DNA of 64,000 nucleotides from contig NIVC01002960.1 in assembly GCA_002269645.1 (NCBI GenBank), positions 64,477 through 128,476 on the forward strand. Reading direction: 5' to 3'. Below the pieces are notes generated by a model. The model searched no databases. It had not been told where the DNA came from and saw only the letters and a program-made list of their open reading frames with translations. Source of the stretch: Macrostomum lignano. Taxonomy: Eukaryota. The position numbers and the translations under genes were made by a program. Each line of letters begins with the position of its first letter. Within the stretch, counting starts at the first letter, position 1. Below are positions 1 to 11,332 of this stretch, piece by piece.

Positions 1-707
1 CAAAAGCCAGATTGCAGCCCCGGCTTGGAAAACGGCTTGGGCTTGGGACCTCGGCCTGGTTGACTCACTCTGCAGAGCCCGCGCAGACAGAGGGCCAGAG
101 AGCGACCCCAAATTTAGACTTTGCCGTCTCAGCCACTCCGCCCTGGGAGAGCTGCCTGCAATTTGGCATTTTTTCATGTTAATTCTAAAAGAATTTCTTT
201 CAAAAGAAGGCTGTAACAATGCCAGTGCGGCGCGTGCAGGGTAGAGCGCAGATGTAGCGAACGACAAAGAGACGGCGAGACCAGAGAGTCAGGAAAGAAG
301 CCGAGGGCACATCTTTTTTCCGCCAAAGCAGAGAGCCGAAAGCAGCCTTTTTATTTGCAAATGCAGTGCGAATTCAAGTCAGATATACTCATTTTTAAGC
401 CTCGTTTGGCGACACAAGACAGCGCAGCTCTGTGGACCCCGTCAGAATCACTCGGTGTTGCGTTGCCATCTTCTATGACACAAAATATTGGACTGTCTGC
501 TGATCTAAGCCAGCCAGTCCGTCTTTGGAAATAACATGTGAATATCAGGTATTCAGCGTAGGTCAGAAGTAAGTAAATACGAGAAAGAATATGCGACCTG
601 CAAAATTTTCTGCTCGAAAAATCTGCAGCCTTCAAACCAAAATTATCCGAACCAACGATTCTCCAACCCACAACTGTCTCAACCCACAACAATACAGCTG
701 AGTCCCC

Positions 708-1003
708 AGCTGTCAACAAAGCTGAGTAGCTGTCAACAAAGCTTAGCAGCTGTCAATAAAGCTGAATAGATGTCAATAAAGCTGAGTAGCTGTCAACAAA
801 GCTTAGCAGCTGTCAACAAAGCTGAGTAGCTGTCAACAAAGCTTAGCAGCTGTCAATAAAGCTGAATAGATGTCAATAAAGCTGAGTAGCTGTCAACAAA
901 GCTTAGCAGCTGTCAACAAAGCTGAGTAGCTGTCAATAAAGCTGAGTAGCTGTCAATAAAGCTGAGTAGCTGTCAATAAAGCTGAGCAGCTGTCAATAAA
1001 GCT
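708..1003. repeat. 19-20 bp minisatellite (AGCTGTCAA[C/T]AAAGCT[GAGT/TAGC])
   Basis: About 15 tandem imperfect units, read directly. Confidence 0.95.
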
Positions 1004-1149
1004 TGTATTCCACGATTTCATTTCCACAAAATTAATCGAAATAAAAAGGCAGTCAAAAGAGGCTCAAAATCGCAGACGCAAAAATCTCTGGACTAAAAAA
1101 GCAGCACGTTAACTGCGCCATCGAGTGGCAGCATTCAACGCACTGTGGA

Positions 1150-1334
1150 TGTCATGACTTATGGGGTGGGGCCGCGTGGTAGGGGTGGAGCTTGTTTAGT
1201 AAGCCTAGCTAGCAGTACGTACGGTAATGTACATGCGCGGGCCACCGTGCCCCTTGGCCTATAAAATATACAGAGCGTGGAGGGTTTTGCCTCAACTGAG
1301 TTTACTCCAGAATAAGCGAATTGACTTCATTACA
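1150..1334 (+). repeat. 5' LTR
   Basis: Direct repeat of 5257-5441; contains TATAAAA. Confidence 0.97.
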
Positions 1335-1347
1335 ATTGGCGACGAGA

Positions 1348-4300
1348 ATGGCTTCAGTTGGACAACTAGAGCCTTACGAGGAAGGCAAAGATTGGGACGC
1401 CTATCAAGAGCGAATGGACTCTTACATGCTTGCAAACGGCATAGAAGGCGACGAAAAGAAGAAGGCAGTGTTTCTGACATTGATTGGCGAACGATGCTAC
1501 GCAGTCCTGCGGGATCTCTGCAGTCCGACCAAGCCAACAGATCTACAATACAGCGCCCTCACCGAGCACCTTCAAAAGCACTTCAAACCGAAGAAGCCAG
1601 TAATCGCTGAACGGTTCAAGTTCTACAAGCGGGCACAAAAGGACGGAGAGACGGCTGCTCAATTTCTGGCTGCGCTGCGGAATCTGGCCGATTCGTGCGA
1701 GTTCGGGGGTTTCGAGAAGAAGCTCTCCGAGACTGTTTCGTCTGCGGTCTTCGGGACCAGCGGACCCAGCAGCGACTCCTGATGGAGGAGAAGCTCACGC
1801 TGGATGCGGCCAAGAAAATTGCCCTCGCGGCGGAGATTGCTAAGTCGGAAACGGAGCAGTGGAAATCGAGCTCAGACGTCAGCTCAGTCCAGCAGGTAGC
1901 GCCAGACTCGAAGGCGTGCTACAGGTGCGGATTGAAAGGCCACCTGTCGGCAGCCTGCCACTTCAGGACCGCAAAGTGCCACAACTGCGGGAAAGTTGGA
2001 CACCTGCAGAAAGTTTGCCGCTCAGCCAAGAAAGCCTCCAGAACAACGAAAGCCGGACGGCCAGAGAACGGACCAGCGCACGCAATGCAAACGGAAGAGG
2101 AGGAGGAAGCAGCAACTGGCTGGATTTCGCAAGTCACTGCATCGGCCAAGAAGATCAGCGTAAGCCTGCTGGTGAATGACCAGCCCCTCACCATGCAGCT
2201 GGACACCGGTGCCTGCGTCAGCCTCGTACCGGAGTCGGTGTGGAAGCAGCTCGGCCGACCTCCGCTGACACCAACACGCCTGCGACTCCGGACCTGGACG
2301 GGCGAGCCAATACAAGTCAAGGGAACAGCCGAGGTCAGGGTCAACTACGACGGAAGACAGCATGATAAGCTGCCGCTGGTGGTCACCAGTCAGACCGGAG
2401 CCTGCCCATTGCTAGGACGCAATTGGCTGGAAAAAGTGCGACTCAACTGGACTCAGTTGTTTGCCAACCAGATCAGCCAGGCGCCGGCGCAGAACAGCGG
2501 GCCTCTCGACCAGATGCTGGAGGAGTTCGCTGATGTTTTCGACGAGAGCCTGGGGCAGTTGAAGGATCAGACAGTCGCACTGAGACTTAAAAGTGACGCA
2601 CAGCCTCGATTCTGCAAGGCCAGACCCGTGCCATTCGCAGTGCGGGACAAGCTTGAGCTCGAGCTCCAGGACATGCTCAACAAAGGGATCATCCGCCCGG
2701 TGTCCTACAGTGAGTGGGCTACGCCAGTGGTTCCGGTACTCAAGGCGGACGGCTCAGTCCGACTGTGCGGCGACTATAAACTGACGTTGAACCCTCAGCT
2801 CCACATCGACCAGTACCCGCTGCCTACGCCTGAAGAGCTTTACGAGCAGATGGGACGGGGTCAGCTGTTCTCAAAACTCGATCTGTCACAATGTTATCTT
2901 CAGTTTCCACTCGACGAAGAGAGCTGCAAGCTGACGACCATCAACACGCATAAAGGGCTTTTCGAGTACCTCCGGTTGCCATTTGGCGTCAGTTCGGCTC
3001 CTGCGATTTGCCAGAGGCTGATGGAAACACTTTTGAAGGGCGTGCCGGGAGTCTGTTGTCGCATTGATGACATCCTGGTCTCCGGTCCGTCAATGAGTGA
3101 GCACCTAGCAGCGCTTCGAGAGGTACTGACCAGGCTGAGAGCGGCGGGCTTGCGGCTGAAGCGAATCAAGTGCAAATTTCTGCAAGAAGAAGTCGAATAC
3201 CTGGGCTCGTTGCTGAGCAAGGACGGAGTCAAGAAGCTGCCTCAGAAGGTGGAAGCAATAGTCAACAGCCCGAAGCCAGCGACAGTATCAGAGCTGCGAT
3301 CATTCTTGGGCCTCGCAAACTACTATGCTCGACATGTCAAGGACTTCTCCACGATCGCTGCTCCTCTGTATCAACTGTTGAGGAAGGAGACGGACTGGCG
3401 GTGGGCTGAGACGGAGGACCGAGCCTGGGACCATCTTAAGAAAGAACTGAGTTCGGACAGCGTGCTGACGCATTTCAACGAGCAGCTTCCAGTGGTGGTG
3501 GCCGCGGATGCTTCATCGGTCGGCATCGGCGCGGTGCTGTCCCACACGATGGAGGACGGCTCGGAACGGCCGGTGACTTTTGCTTCAAGGACGCTGTCAG
3601 CAGCGGAGCGAAATTACTCGCAAATTGAGAAAGAAGCCCTCGCCATCGTGTTCGCCATCAAGCGGTTCCACCAGTACCTGTTCGGCCGGAGCTTCACGAT
3701 AATTACGGATCATCAGCCGTTGACGACGATTTTCGGACCGAAGGTTGGCATCTCGCCGACTGCAGCAGGGCGACTTCAGAGATGGGCACTGCTGCTGTCA
3801 GGGTACAGCTACAGCATCCGGTTCCGCAAGACTGCTCAGCACAGCAACGCAGACGGCCTGTCTCGCTTGCCCCTGCAGATGAAGGACGACAACCCAGACG
3901 ACGACGATCGGGTCTGTCAGCTGACGGGCGAGTTTCCATTGACGGCGGCGGATGTAGCGGCAGCAACGAAGCGGGATGACGAGCTCCGAGATGTTCTCCG
4001 GATGATAATGACTGGCTGGCCAGAGTCGGTTCCGCCGCGGCTCGAGCCCTACTTTCGTCGTCGACTAGAACTAAGCGTGGAAGACGGCTGCGTGATCTGG
4101 GGAACTCGCGTGCTGGTTCCGGAAGCGTTGCGACCTGGAGTTCTGCGCGAGTTACACGTGGAACATTTCGGCATGGCCCGGATGAAAAGTGTCGCCAGAA
4201 CCTTCGTCTGGTGGCCAGGAATGGATTCTGACATCGAGTCGGTTGCCAGCAGCTGCCAAGCCTGCCAATCCGTTAAGCTGCATCCGGTGCTGGCTCCACT

Positions 4301-5224
4301 GCACCCCTGGGTGTGGCCAGACCAGCCCTGGGACCGCATCCACGTTGACTTTGCCGGGCCGGTTCGAGGCCGCCAGTTTCTCCTCGTAGTCGACGCGCAC
4401 TCAAAGTGGCCGCATGTGGAGGCCGTGTCAACACTCGAATCGGCCGAGCTGGTTCGCAAGCTGCGAGTGTTGTTTGCACAATGGGGCCGCCGAGAGAACT
4501 GGTATCGGACAACGGTCCAGCATTCATCAGTCAAGGATTTAGCGATTTATGCAAAGCAAATGGAATTCGCCACACAAGAAGCAGTCCATATCACGCCAAG
4601 ACCAACGGACTGGTGGAACGGCTGGTGAAGTCGTTCAAGATGGCCATGGAGGCGTCACGGAGCAGTCAGCCGGACCTCGACATCCGCCTGTGCAACTGGC
4701 TGCTGGGCTACCGAGCTAGCCCGCACCCAACGACCGGTCGGACACCAGCGGAGCTCTTCCTGAAGCGGCAGCTCCGGACTCGAATGGACCTGCTGCGGCC
4801 GTCAGCCCGGGATCGAGTACTGCGGGAGCAATCTGCCCAGAAACGACAGCACGACCGGCGGTCGCGGGAGCTGCCGGAGGAGCCGTGGTCGGAGGCCTGG
4901 GCCAGGGACTACCGGCCTAATGCGGCGGCCTGGCAACCAGCAAAAGTTCTCGAGCAGACTGGGCCGCTGAGCTTCCGAGTCGAAACGAGCGACGGCCTGA
5001 CCTGGCGCCGTCATGCCGACCAACTGCGGGGCCGGCGAGTTGAGAGCGACAAACCTGACGGTCCGGCAGCCGGGACCGAGCCAGCTGAAGCTGCGGACTC
5101 GACCGGGACCGGCGCGGAGCACCCGGAGCCGGAGCCGCCAGACGCGCCCTGCGGACTGCAGCCTGCACGCCGGCGACGGCCACCTGAGAAGCTGACCTAC
5201 TCGAAACTCGGGAGCTGTGATTGA
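1348..5224 (+). CDS. Gag-Pol polyprotein in three frames, joined by two -1 shifts (about 1705-1713 and 4483-4486)
   Basis: Gag N-terminus (LEPYEEGKDWDAYQERM), two CCHC knuckles (CYRCGLKGHLSAAC, CHNCGKVGHLQKVC), protease LDTGA, RT (LCGDYK, LPFG, RIDDILV), RNase H (DASSVGIGAVL, NYSQIEKEALAI), integrase HHCC and DDE (DFAGP, SDNGP, NGLVER). Confidence 0.93.
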
Positions 5225-5256
5225 TAGGAAGCGGACTTCTTCTGAGAGGGGAAAAG

Positions 5257-5441
5257 TGTCATGACTTATGGGGTGGGGCCGCGTGGTAGGGGTGGAGCTT
5301 GTTTAGTAAGCCTAGCTAGCAGTACGTACGGTAATGTACATGCGCGGGCCACCGTGCCCCTTGGCCTATAAAATATACAGAGCGTGGAGGGTTTTGCCTC
5401 AACTGAGTTTACTCCAGAATAAGCGAATTGACTTCATTACA
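5257..5441 (+). repeat. 3' LTR
   Basis: Direct repeat of 1150-1334; preceded by the polypurine tract and followed by the TSD. Confidence 0.97.
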
Positions 5442-5905
5442 GTGGATTGCTTCTTTTCCGTGTAATTCAGCCAGTTAGGATTTGGCAAAGCAGTTGCTGG
5501 TCGTCATCGCATCGCACCAGCTAATTGAACTCTTTCAAACTCTTCAGACAAAATTGACAGTTAGTTGCAAAATTGTGTTGGAAAAACGTATACTACTATT
5601 TTGTACTACTTAAAACAGTGCAGGCAGAATCACAATGACAATCGAATGGCAAACTGTATACATGATTTCGCTGCAGACATTTATCGCAGACGGAAATTAA
5701 CAAAGGTGGTTTAGCAGCAGAGAAGCAGCAAAGTACATGCTGAAACAGAACCGGAATGCCGGGGCTACTCGTTCCGTTCATCAGCTTCCAATGCTTATGA
5801 ATACAATGTAGAGCATGGCGAAGCGCTAGAAAGCAGAGCGACCGATTGCATAGAAGGTTTTTCTAAAGATTATACATGCAAATAAAGTAAGAGTAATCAG
5901 AATCA

Positions 5906-8900
5906 TCAGGTCAGGATGTCGGACAGAGACTGGAACTTTGGTCCCCAGGCGTCCAGCGTCGGTCTCAAGTCGATGGAGCTGTCCGTGTCGGCCGACACCA
6001 GGCTCACCTGATCCAGGTCGGCCGCGTCGTCGTCCCGCGTGTCCTCGTAGCCGTAGTTCAGCGTCTCGTCACCAGCGGCTGCGTCCGGGGCTCCTGGTTG
6101 ACGCTGTCTGGCGCCACAGGCTGGGTGGGCGGCACGCCAATCGGACGCTCCGGGTCGGCTGGAGCGCGGGCTGCAGCTTTTGGGGGTGTTTGTTGGTTGG
6201 TTGGTTGATTGGTTGGTTGGTTGGTTGGTTGGATGGTTGGTTGGTTGGATGGTTGGTTGGTTGGATGGTTGGTTGGTTGGTTGGTTGGTTGGTTGATTGG
6301 TTGGTTGGTTGGTTGGTTGATTGGTTGGTTGGTTGGTTGTTTGGTTGGTTGGTTGGTTGGTTGGTTGGTTGGTTGGTTGATTGGTTGGTTGGTTGGTTGG
6401 TTGGATGGTTGGTTGGTTGGATGGTTGGTTGGTTGGTTGGTTGGTTGGTTGATTGGTTGGTTGGTTGGTTGGTTGGTTGGTTGGTTGGTTGATTGGTTGG
6501 TTGGTTGGTTGTTTGGTTGGTTGGTTGGTTGGTTGGTTGGTTGGTTGGTTGGTTGGTTGGTTGGTTGGTTGGTTGGTTGGTTGGTTAAATGGTTGGTTGT
6601 TTGGTTGGTTGGTTGGTTGGTTCGTTCGTTCGTTCGTTCGTTTGTTGGTTGGTTGTTTGGTTGGTTGGTTGGTTGATTGGTTAATTGGTTGGTTGGTTGG
6701 TTGGTTGGTTGGTTGGTTGGTTGGTTGGTTGGTTGGTTGGTTAAATGGTTGGTTGGTTGGTTGGTTGGTTAAATGGTTGGTTGTTTGGTTGGTTGGTTGG
6801 TTGGTTCGTTCGTTCGTTCGTTCGTTTGTTGGTTGGTTGTTTGGTTGGTTGGTTGGTTGATTGGTTGATTGGTTGGTTGGTTGGTTGGTTGGTTGGTTGG
6901 TTGGTTGGTTGGTTGGTTGGTTGGTTGGTTGGTTGGTTGGTTGTTTGGTTGGTTGGTTGGTTGGTTCGTTCGTTTGTTGGTTGGTTGTTTGGTTGGTTGG
7001 TTGGTTGATTGGTTGATTGGTTGGTTGGTTGGTTGGTTGGTTGGTTTTTTTTTGGTTGGATAGTCTTTTGTCATTTTGCTTCCTGTCAGTGCGGCTTCCC
7101 AGTGCTGAAGCTCTTAGTTGAAGAATGGAACCAGTTTCATCTGGCAATAAAGCATGTTGGAAACTTACAAGGCGCCGATGAATGAACCGGTTGAAAGTTC
7201 GGCAGGCCTCCGTTGCTGTCCTTCTGAGCGGGTGGAAATTGCAGACTCAGCGGTCCTTTGTAGTCCTCGGGAGCTGAAGTAAAGTGAGTCTGATCAGTGA
7301 CTCTTGGCGCTTAGAGTGAAACAGCAATGGTTGGTGGGTCAGAAGATTTACTCACGGACGCCGTCATTTCCGGTGTCATCTCCCATGTCCTGGTTTATCT
7401 GCTCGATGTCGCTCTTAGGAGCCTCGGACCCCCTTTGCTTTCGTGACCGCTTTACAAATGCAAGGAGAATCAACAGGACGATGATGAAGAAAACCACGAT
7501 GGCAATGATGAGCCACACCCACCACTGCACCGCGGCAGTGGAAGGTGCTGGTGTGTTTTCGCCGCCAACTCGGCACATGCGGCTGGTGACCCCCGGCGGG
7601 CAGATGCACTCGAATCCCAGGTTGACGCCCGTCGCCCGGCACGACCCGCCGCTCGGGCAGCTGATGTTGAACTTGCTGCACGGGTTCACGGCAACGCAGC
7701 TCTTGCCCGCGTCTCTCTCCTGTCCTGCTGGACACTCGCAGGTCATCTTGCCCCAGAGTCTCCGACAGACTTCCATTGATGGACAGTCGCAGGGAGGCGT
7801 CAGGTCCACACCGTCGGGACCGACTCTGGCATCGCTGGCCAGCACTGGCGTGATGAAGCCACTTGTCGCCTCATTGATAGACCGATCTGCAGCATCCGTA
7901 GTTGTAGACATGTACGTGCCGGAGACGCGGATGTTCCGCAGCCAGCCTGAGCGAATTCAGTGGAGAGGTGCTAATTGGTTCAATCAAGGTAGGAAACTGA
8001 CACACTGGCACAGACATTGACTTACTGCTGGCGATCTGGGCCGTCAAGTCCAAATTCGAGAGGTCGGCCACGGTTCGGCCCAGGTCGTGCAGCCTGTCGA
8101 CCCCGTCAACTCTCAGCTTGAGCACGGCTTGCCTGGTGGCGGCAAACACGGAGTGCCACTCGCCATCGTCGACTCTGATTGGCGGAAACGCGAAGCAGCT
8201 GGACGAGTCGATGCAGAGCTGCAGCAAGCCGTCCGAAATCTGGAGTCAGGGGAGGAAAATATTTGTATAAATTGAAGTTATGAGCTTCTTGGCTTCAGTT
8301 TAAAAAATTTCAGCTCACATCCAAGCTCTGACTCAGAACGGTTGAACGTGCCGAATTCTTGATTACAGCATGCAGGACGCCAGTCGATGCACTGACTCGA
8401 GTTCGCAGCTCCAACTCGATGGATACGGAATTTTTATCGCTTAATGGTAGCGAATTGTTCGGGTTCTCGAACCAGATGCTCGTATTGTTTGATGCGGTGC
8501 TGATTATCAGCGGATCTGCAGTCGAAACGTTTTCAAAATTCAGGCTTTCTAAGAAAACCTTTCGTCTAATGTAGGAAATGTCTCACCTTTGGTGCACGCA
8601 TTCCAGGTTTCGTTTCTCTTGCATAATTCGCTGCCAATAATTGTCTCTACCATTTTTCTCTTCGACCCAAGGCATTCGCAGTTGCAGTCCATCGGAGCTG
8701 AGGGATCGTTCTTGATGACCCCGTAGCACACCGACTGCGCTCCACAGACGTACGGGCGGCTGGACCGCGCACCAGCCGAACCCGTGCATGTTTCGTTCTG
8801 TAGCCCACAGAAAGCTCCTATCGTGGCGCCTCCACCTTGCGTGACTTCCCTGCCAGCCGCCATGTCTATCAGGTAGCCGTTCACCCGAACTGACTGCACG

Positions 8901-10565
8901 CAGCCAGAGAGCGCTCTTCCGATATCGAGCCATAAATTAGGAAAGTCGCTAACTGGACTGCCTGCACTGATGTTTTGAGAAGAGCATTCAAGTGGTTGCA
9001 CACTGGCTGAAGTTGGCAGCTTTTTAGGGCAGACCACCATCCTGCTCTGAAAACGATTGGGTACCTATTCAGCTTCTGTCAAATATGAATATATCCCAGT
9101 ACATATTGTCCAATCAGAACGTCTCTTACCAGTTCAGATTTCACTGATACATGGACAGCGAACCAGCTGCCGCTGTTTTGCTGAGGTAGGTCAACGCTAA
9201 TAGAATCTCCTCCCAGTAAACTTCCAGCCACTCTGAGCTCTGTCTTCCTGTAGACAAACGTTGCGCTGAGCAATGAGTTATGGGGGTCGGCCGAGCTCTT
9301 CAAGACTACGGCGTCCTGGTTTTCTTGCTGGATAGTTCCGGAAAGTTCAAATGAGATTTCCAGAGACTGAACCGAGTGCGGCAGGCTGCCAATCCAGTGG
9401 CGAGTGAAGGCCAGACCGGATGACCCGTGGCTGTAGCTTCTGACCGGGTACTCGCATCGAGGACCCCACGGGATGTTCGCGACAGACGGGCAGATGCACC
9501 TGCAGAGGGTGAAAAGTTTTTGTAGGTCTGTTGATGACATCGCTGCTTTTAAATGATGTCATACTTTGCTTTGCCGTAGCTCAGATGGCCGAAATGGCAC
9601 AGATGGCACACAACTTGCCTGGATCCGACACCAGTAAAGTTGGCATCGCATACTCCGTCGTTCAGGCAAGTGGCCGGCCCGCACGGCTCTGCGCTCATCT
9701 GCTCGGCTGTCTGAGCCGTCCAGCTCAGCCCGAATCCCAGGAAGTTCGAGTCGCTGTTGAGCTGCACCACAGCCGGATGCACCGATGGAAGCGAGCTGCT
9801 CGAAAAGCGCAGGCGACTGCGGCACAGCTGAGCGGACTCAGCGGGACACCGATCCGGCATCACCTGGACTCCGCTACTCGCTTCAGTTTCGTTCTTCACC
9901 AGCTCGTACGCCTCCCAGAGGGCCAAGTAGGAGCTGGTGCTGGCCTTCGGTATGAGCAGGGACACCTCTGAGGTGTCGGCGGCCGGCTGCAGCTGAGAGA
10001 CGAGGCGAGCCGACAGCCGACTCTTGAGTCTGGCCACCAGACTGTTGATGTCGTTCGTTCGACCTGCGGGAATTGAGCGGGCAGTTCTTGTGTGTAGGGG
10101 AATCAACAGGTCATGCCAAGCTCCGACAATACTCACCTGAAATGAATATTGCATTGTCGAGCACGCTCAGGGGCAGCCGGGAGACTGTGACACTGAGCTG
10201 GTGAATGGCGGTGCCGATGGTCACCTGGACTAGGTGTGTGCCACCTGGCAGGTCGGCCTTGAACACAATCCTGTTTGGCACGGAGCTCCTGTCAACATCG
10301 AACTTGTCTGGCACCAGCCCGCTGCTCACGCTGTCGATAAGGTCCGAGCCGCTGATTGTCATGTAGGCGAAGCTGTACTTTGTGAAGTCCGCATCTGAGA
10401 AATGATTTAAACAGTTTGATCAGCAATCCATAGCCATGGCGTCTCACCCATGTCCCGCAAGTGCAACTCACCGTCCGGCAGCCGGACTTCAACGCTGGCC
10501 GAGTCGCAGAGGCCGCCAGTGGCCAAAGCCAGCAGAATGAGGGCTGCAGAGCTGCACCGAAGCAT
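5906..10565 (-). CDS. Classical-cadherin-like protein without canonical cadherin repeats (SP, degenerate EC-like/NC, EGF, LamG, EGF, LamG, 2 EGF, TM, cadherin cytoplasmic domain), about 990 aa
   Basis: Exons 10565-10472, 10394-10137, 10063-9619, 9499-9130, 9064-8587, 8515-8319, 8239-8026, 7946-7356, 7273-7169, and a last exon ending at 5906 (acceptor 6120 or 6170, uncertain). Phases are continuous. Signal peptide [20 protein letters not shown]; LamG end motif [11 protein letters not shown]; [26 protein letters not shown]; C-terminus YGYED...[16 protein letters not shown] resembles the catenin-binding WGPRFxxLAD motif. Confidence 0.85.
6190..7058. repeat. (TTGG)n microsatellite, most likely in the last cadherin intron
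   Basis: Direct reading; includes TTCG and TTGA variant units. Confidence 0.97.
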
Positions 10566-11332
10566 GACCGACCAGCACTGGCTCGGGCTGAAACTGAGGC
10601 GAGTCTCTGGCGCTGCGCTCGTGGCTGCTTTGTGTTTGTTTTGGTGCGCGGCCTCCACCAGTGCGGACTGGCTGGGGTCAGTGGGGGAGTCGGAGGTGGC
10701 GGCAGGCACTTTAATCAGCAGGGGGAGAGAGGGGGGCGCATGGAGGCCGGGCCCAGTCCTAATGCCGAGCTCTGTTGCTGATAAGCGCCGGCCTATGGCG
10801 GGTGAGTCAGGCCTTCCCGGGCCCCGCCCCGCCAGATCGAGCAGCCCGGCAGGCGCAGGACAGGTGCGCATAAAAAGGAATCATTTTTTCCTACTTTATT
10901 TCGCCTACTCGCTGCATAATTGCGGCCCAGCCACCCCCGCCGCCGCATTGCAGGCCCAGCGAGTTGTGGGCCGCAGCTTGGGGGGGGAGTCAGAAATATT
11001 CGAATTGCACACGCAGCTCGAGAGCATTTCTTGGAGCTGCAGGGCGAGACAGAGCAGTCACTGATAAAGTCACCGGGCAGAGCTGAGCCAAGGAGATAAG
11101 GCTGCACAGGGCGCGGCTTCGCTCTGCCGCAGTTGCTCACACTGCACCGCTGCCGCATCTATCTGGCAGGGTCCCGGTGTCTCTTGGATGATCATATTTG
11201 ACGCCTATTAATATCTATTATAGCTTTGAGGTTTGAGTATGACCACACTGCTGTCACAGTACACTGGTAATTCTTCAGTTCGAAACAGATTTTAAACAAG
11301 AACTTTGTGGTGGATTCAAGTCAACTAACCTG

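Larger units (their letters stand above)
1150..5441 (+). mobile_element. Full-length Ty3/gypsy LTR retrotransposon, Mag-like
   Basis: 185-bp LTRs at 1150-1334 and 5257-5441, identical by eye, with TGT...ACA ends. 5-bp TSD GTGGA at 1145-1149 and 5442-5446. PBS TGGCGACGAG right after the 5' LTR (matches the 3' end of tRNA-Ser(GCU) as recalled). PPT GAGAGGGGAAAAG at 5244-5256. Short LTRs, Ser PBS and 5-bp TSD fit the Mag clade. Confidence 0.95.

Noticed and set aside
351-719. 122-aa minus-strand ORF
   Set aside because: No motif or codon bias; starts in a tandem repeat.
6209-7074. Long GWLV/TNQP ORFs
   Set aside because: Artefacts of the stop-poor (TTGG)n repeat; only the flanking non-repeat part is credible cadherin coding sequence.
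8516-8586. Alternative 38-nt intron (acceptor at 8549) in cadherin 1
   Set aside because: In frame, but the paralog supports only the downstream TGCAG|AT acceptor, so 8515 was preferred.
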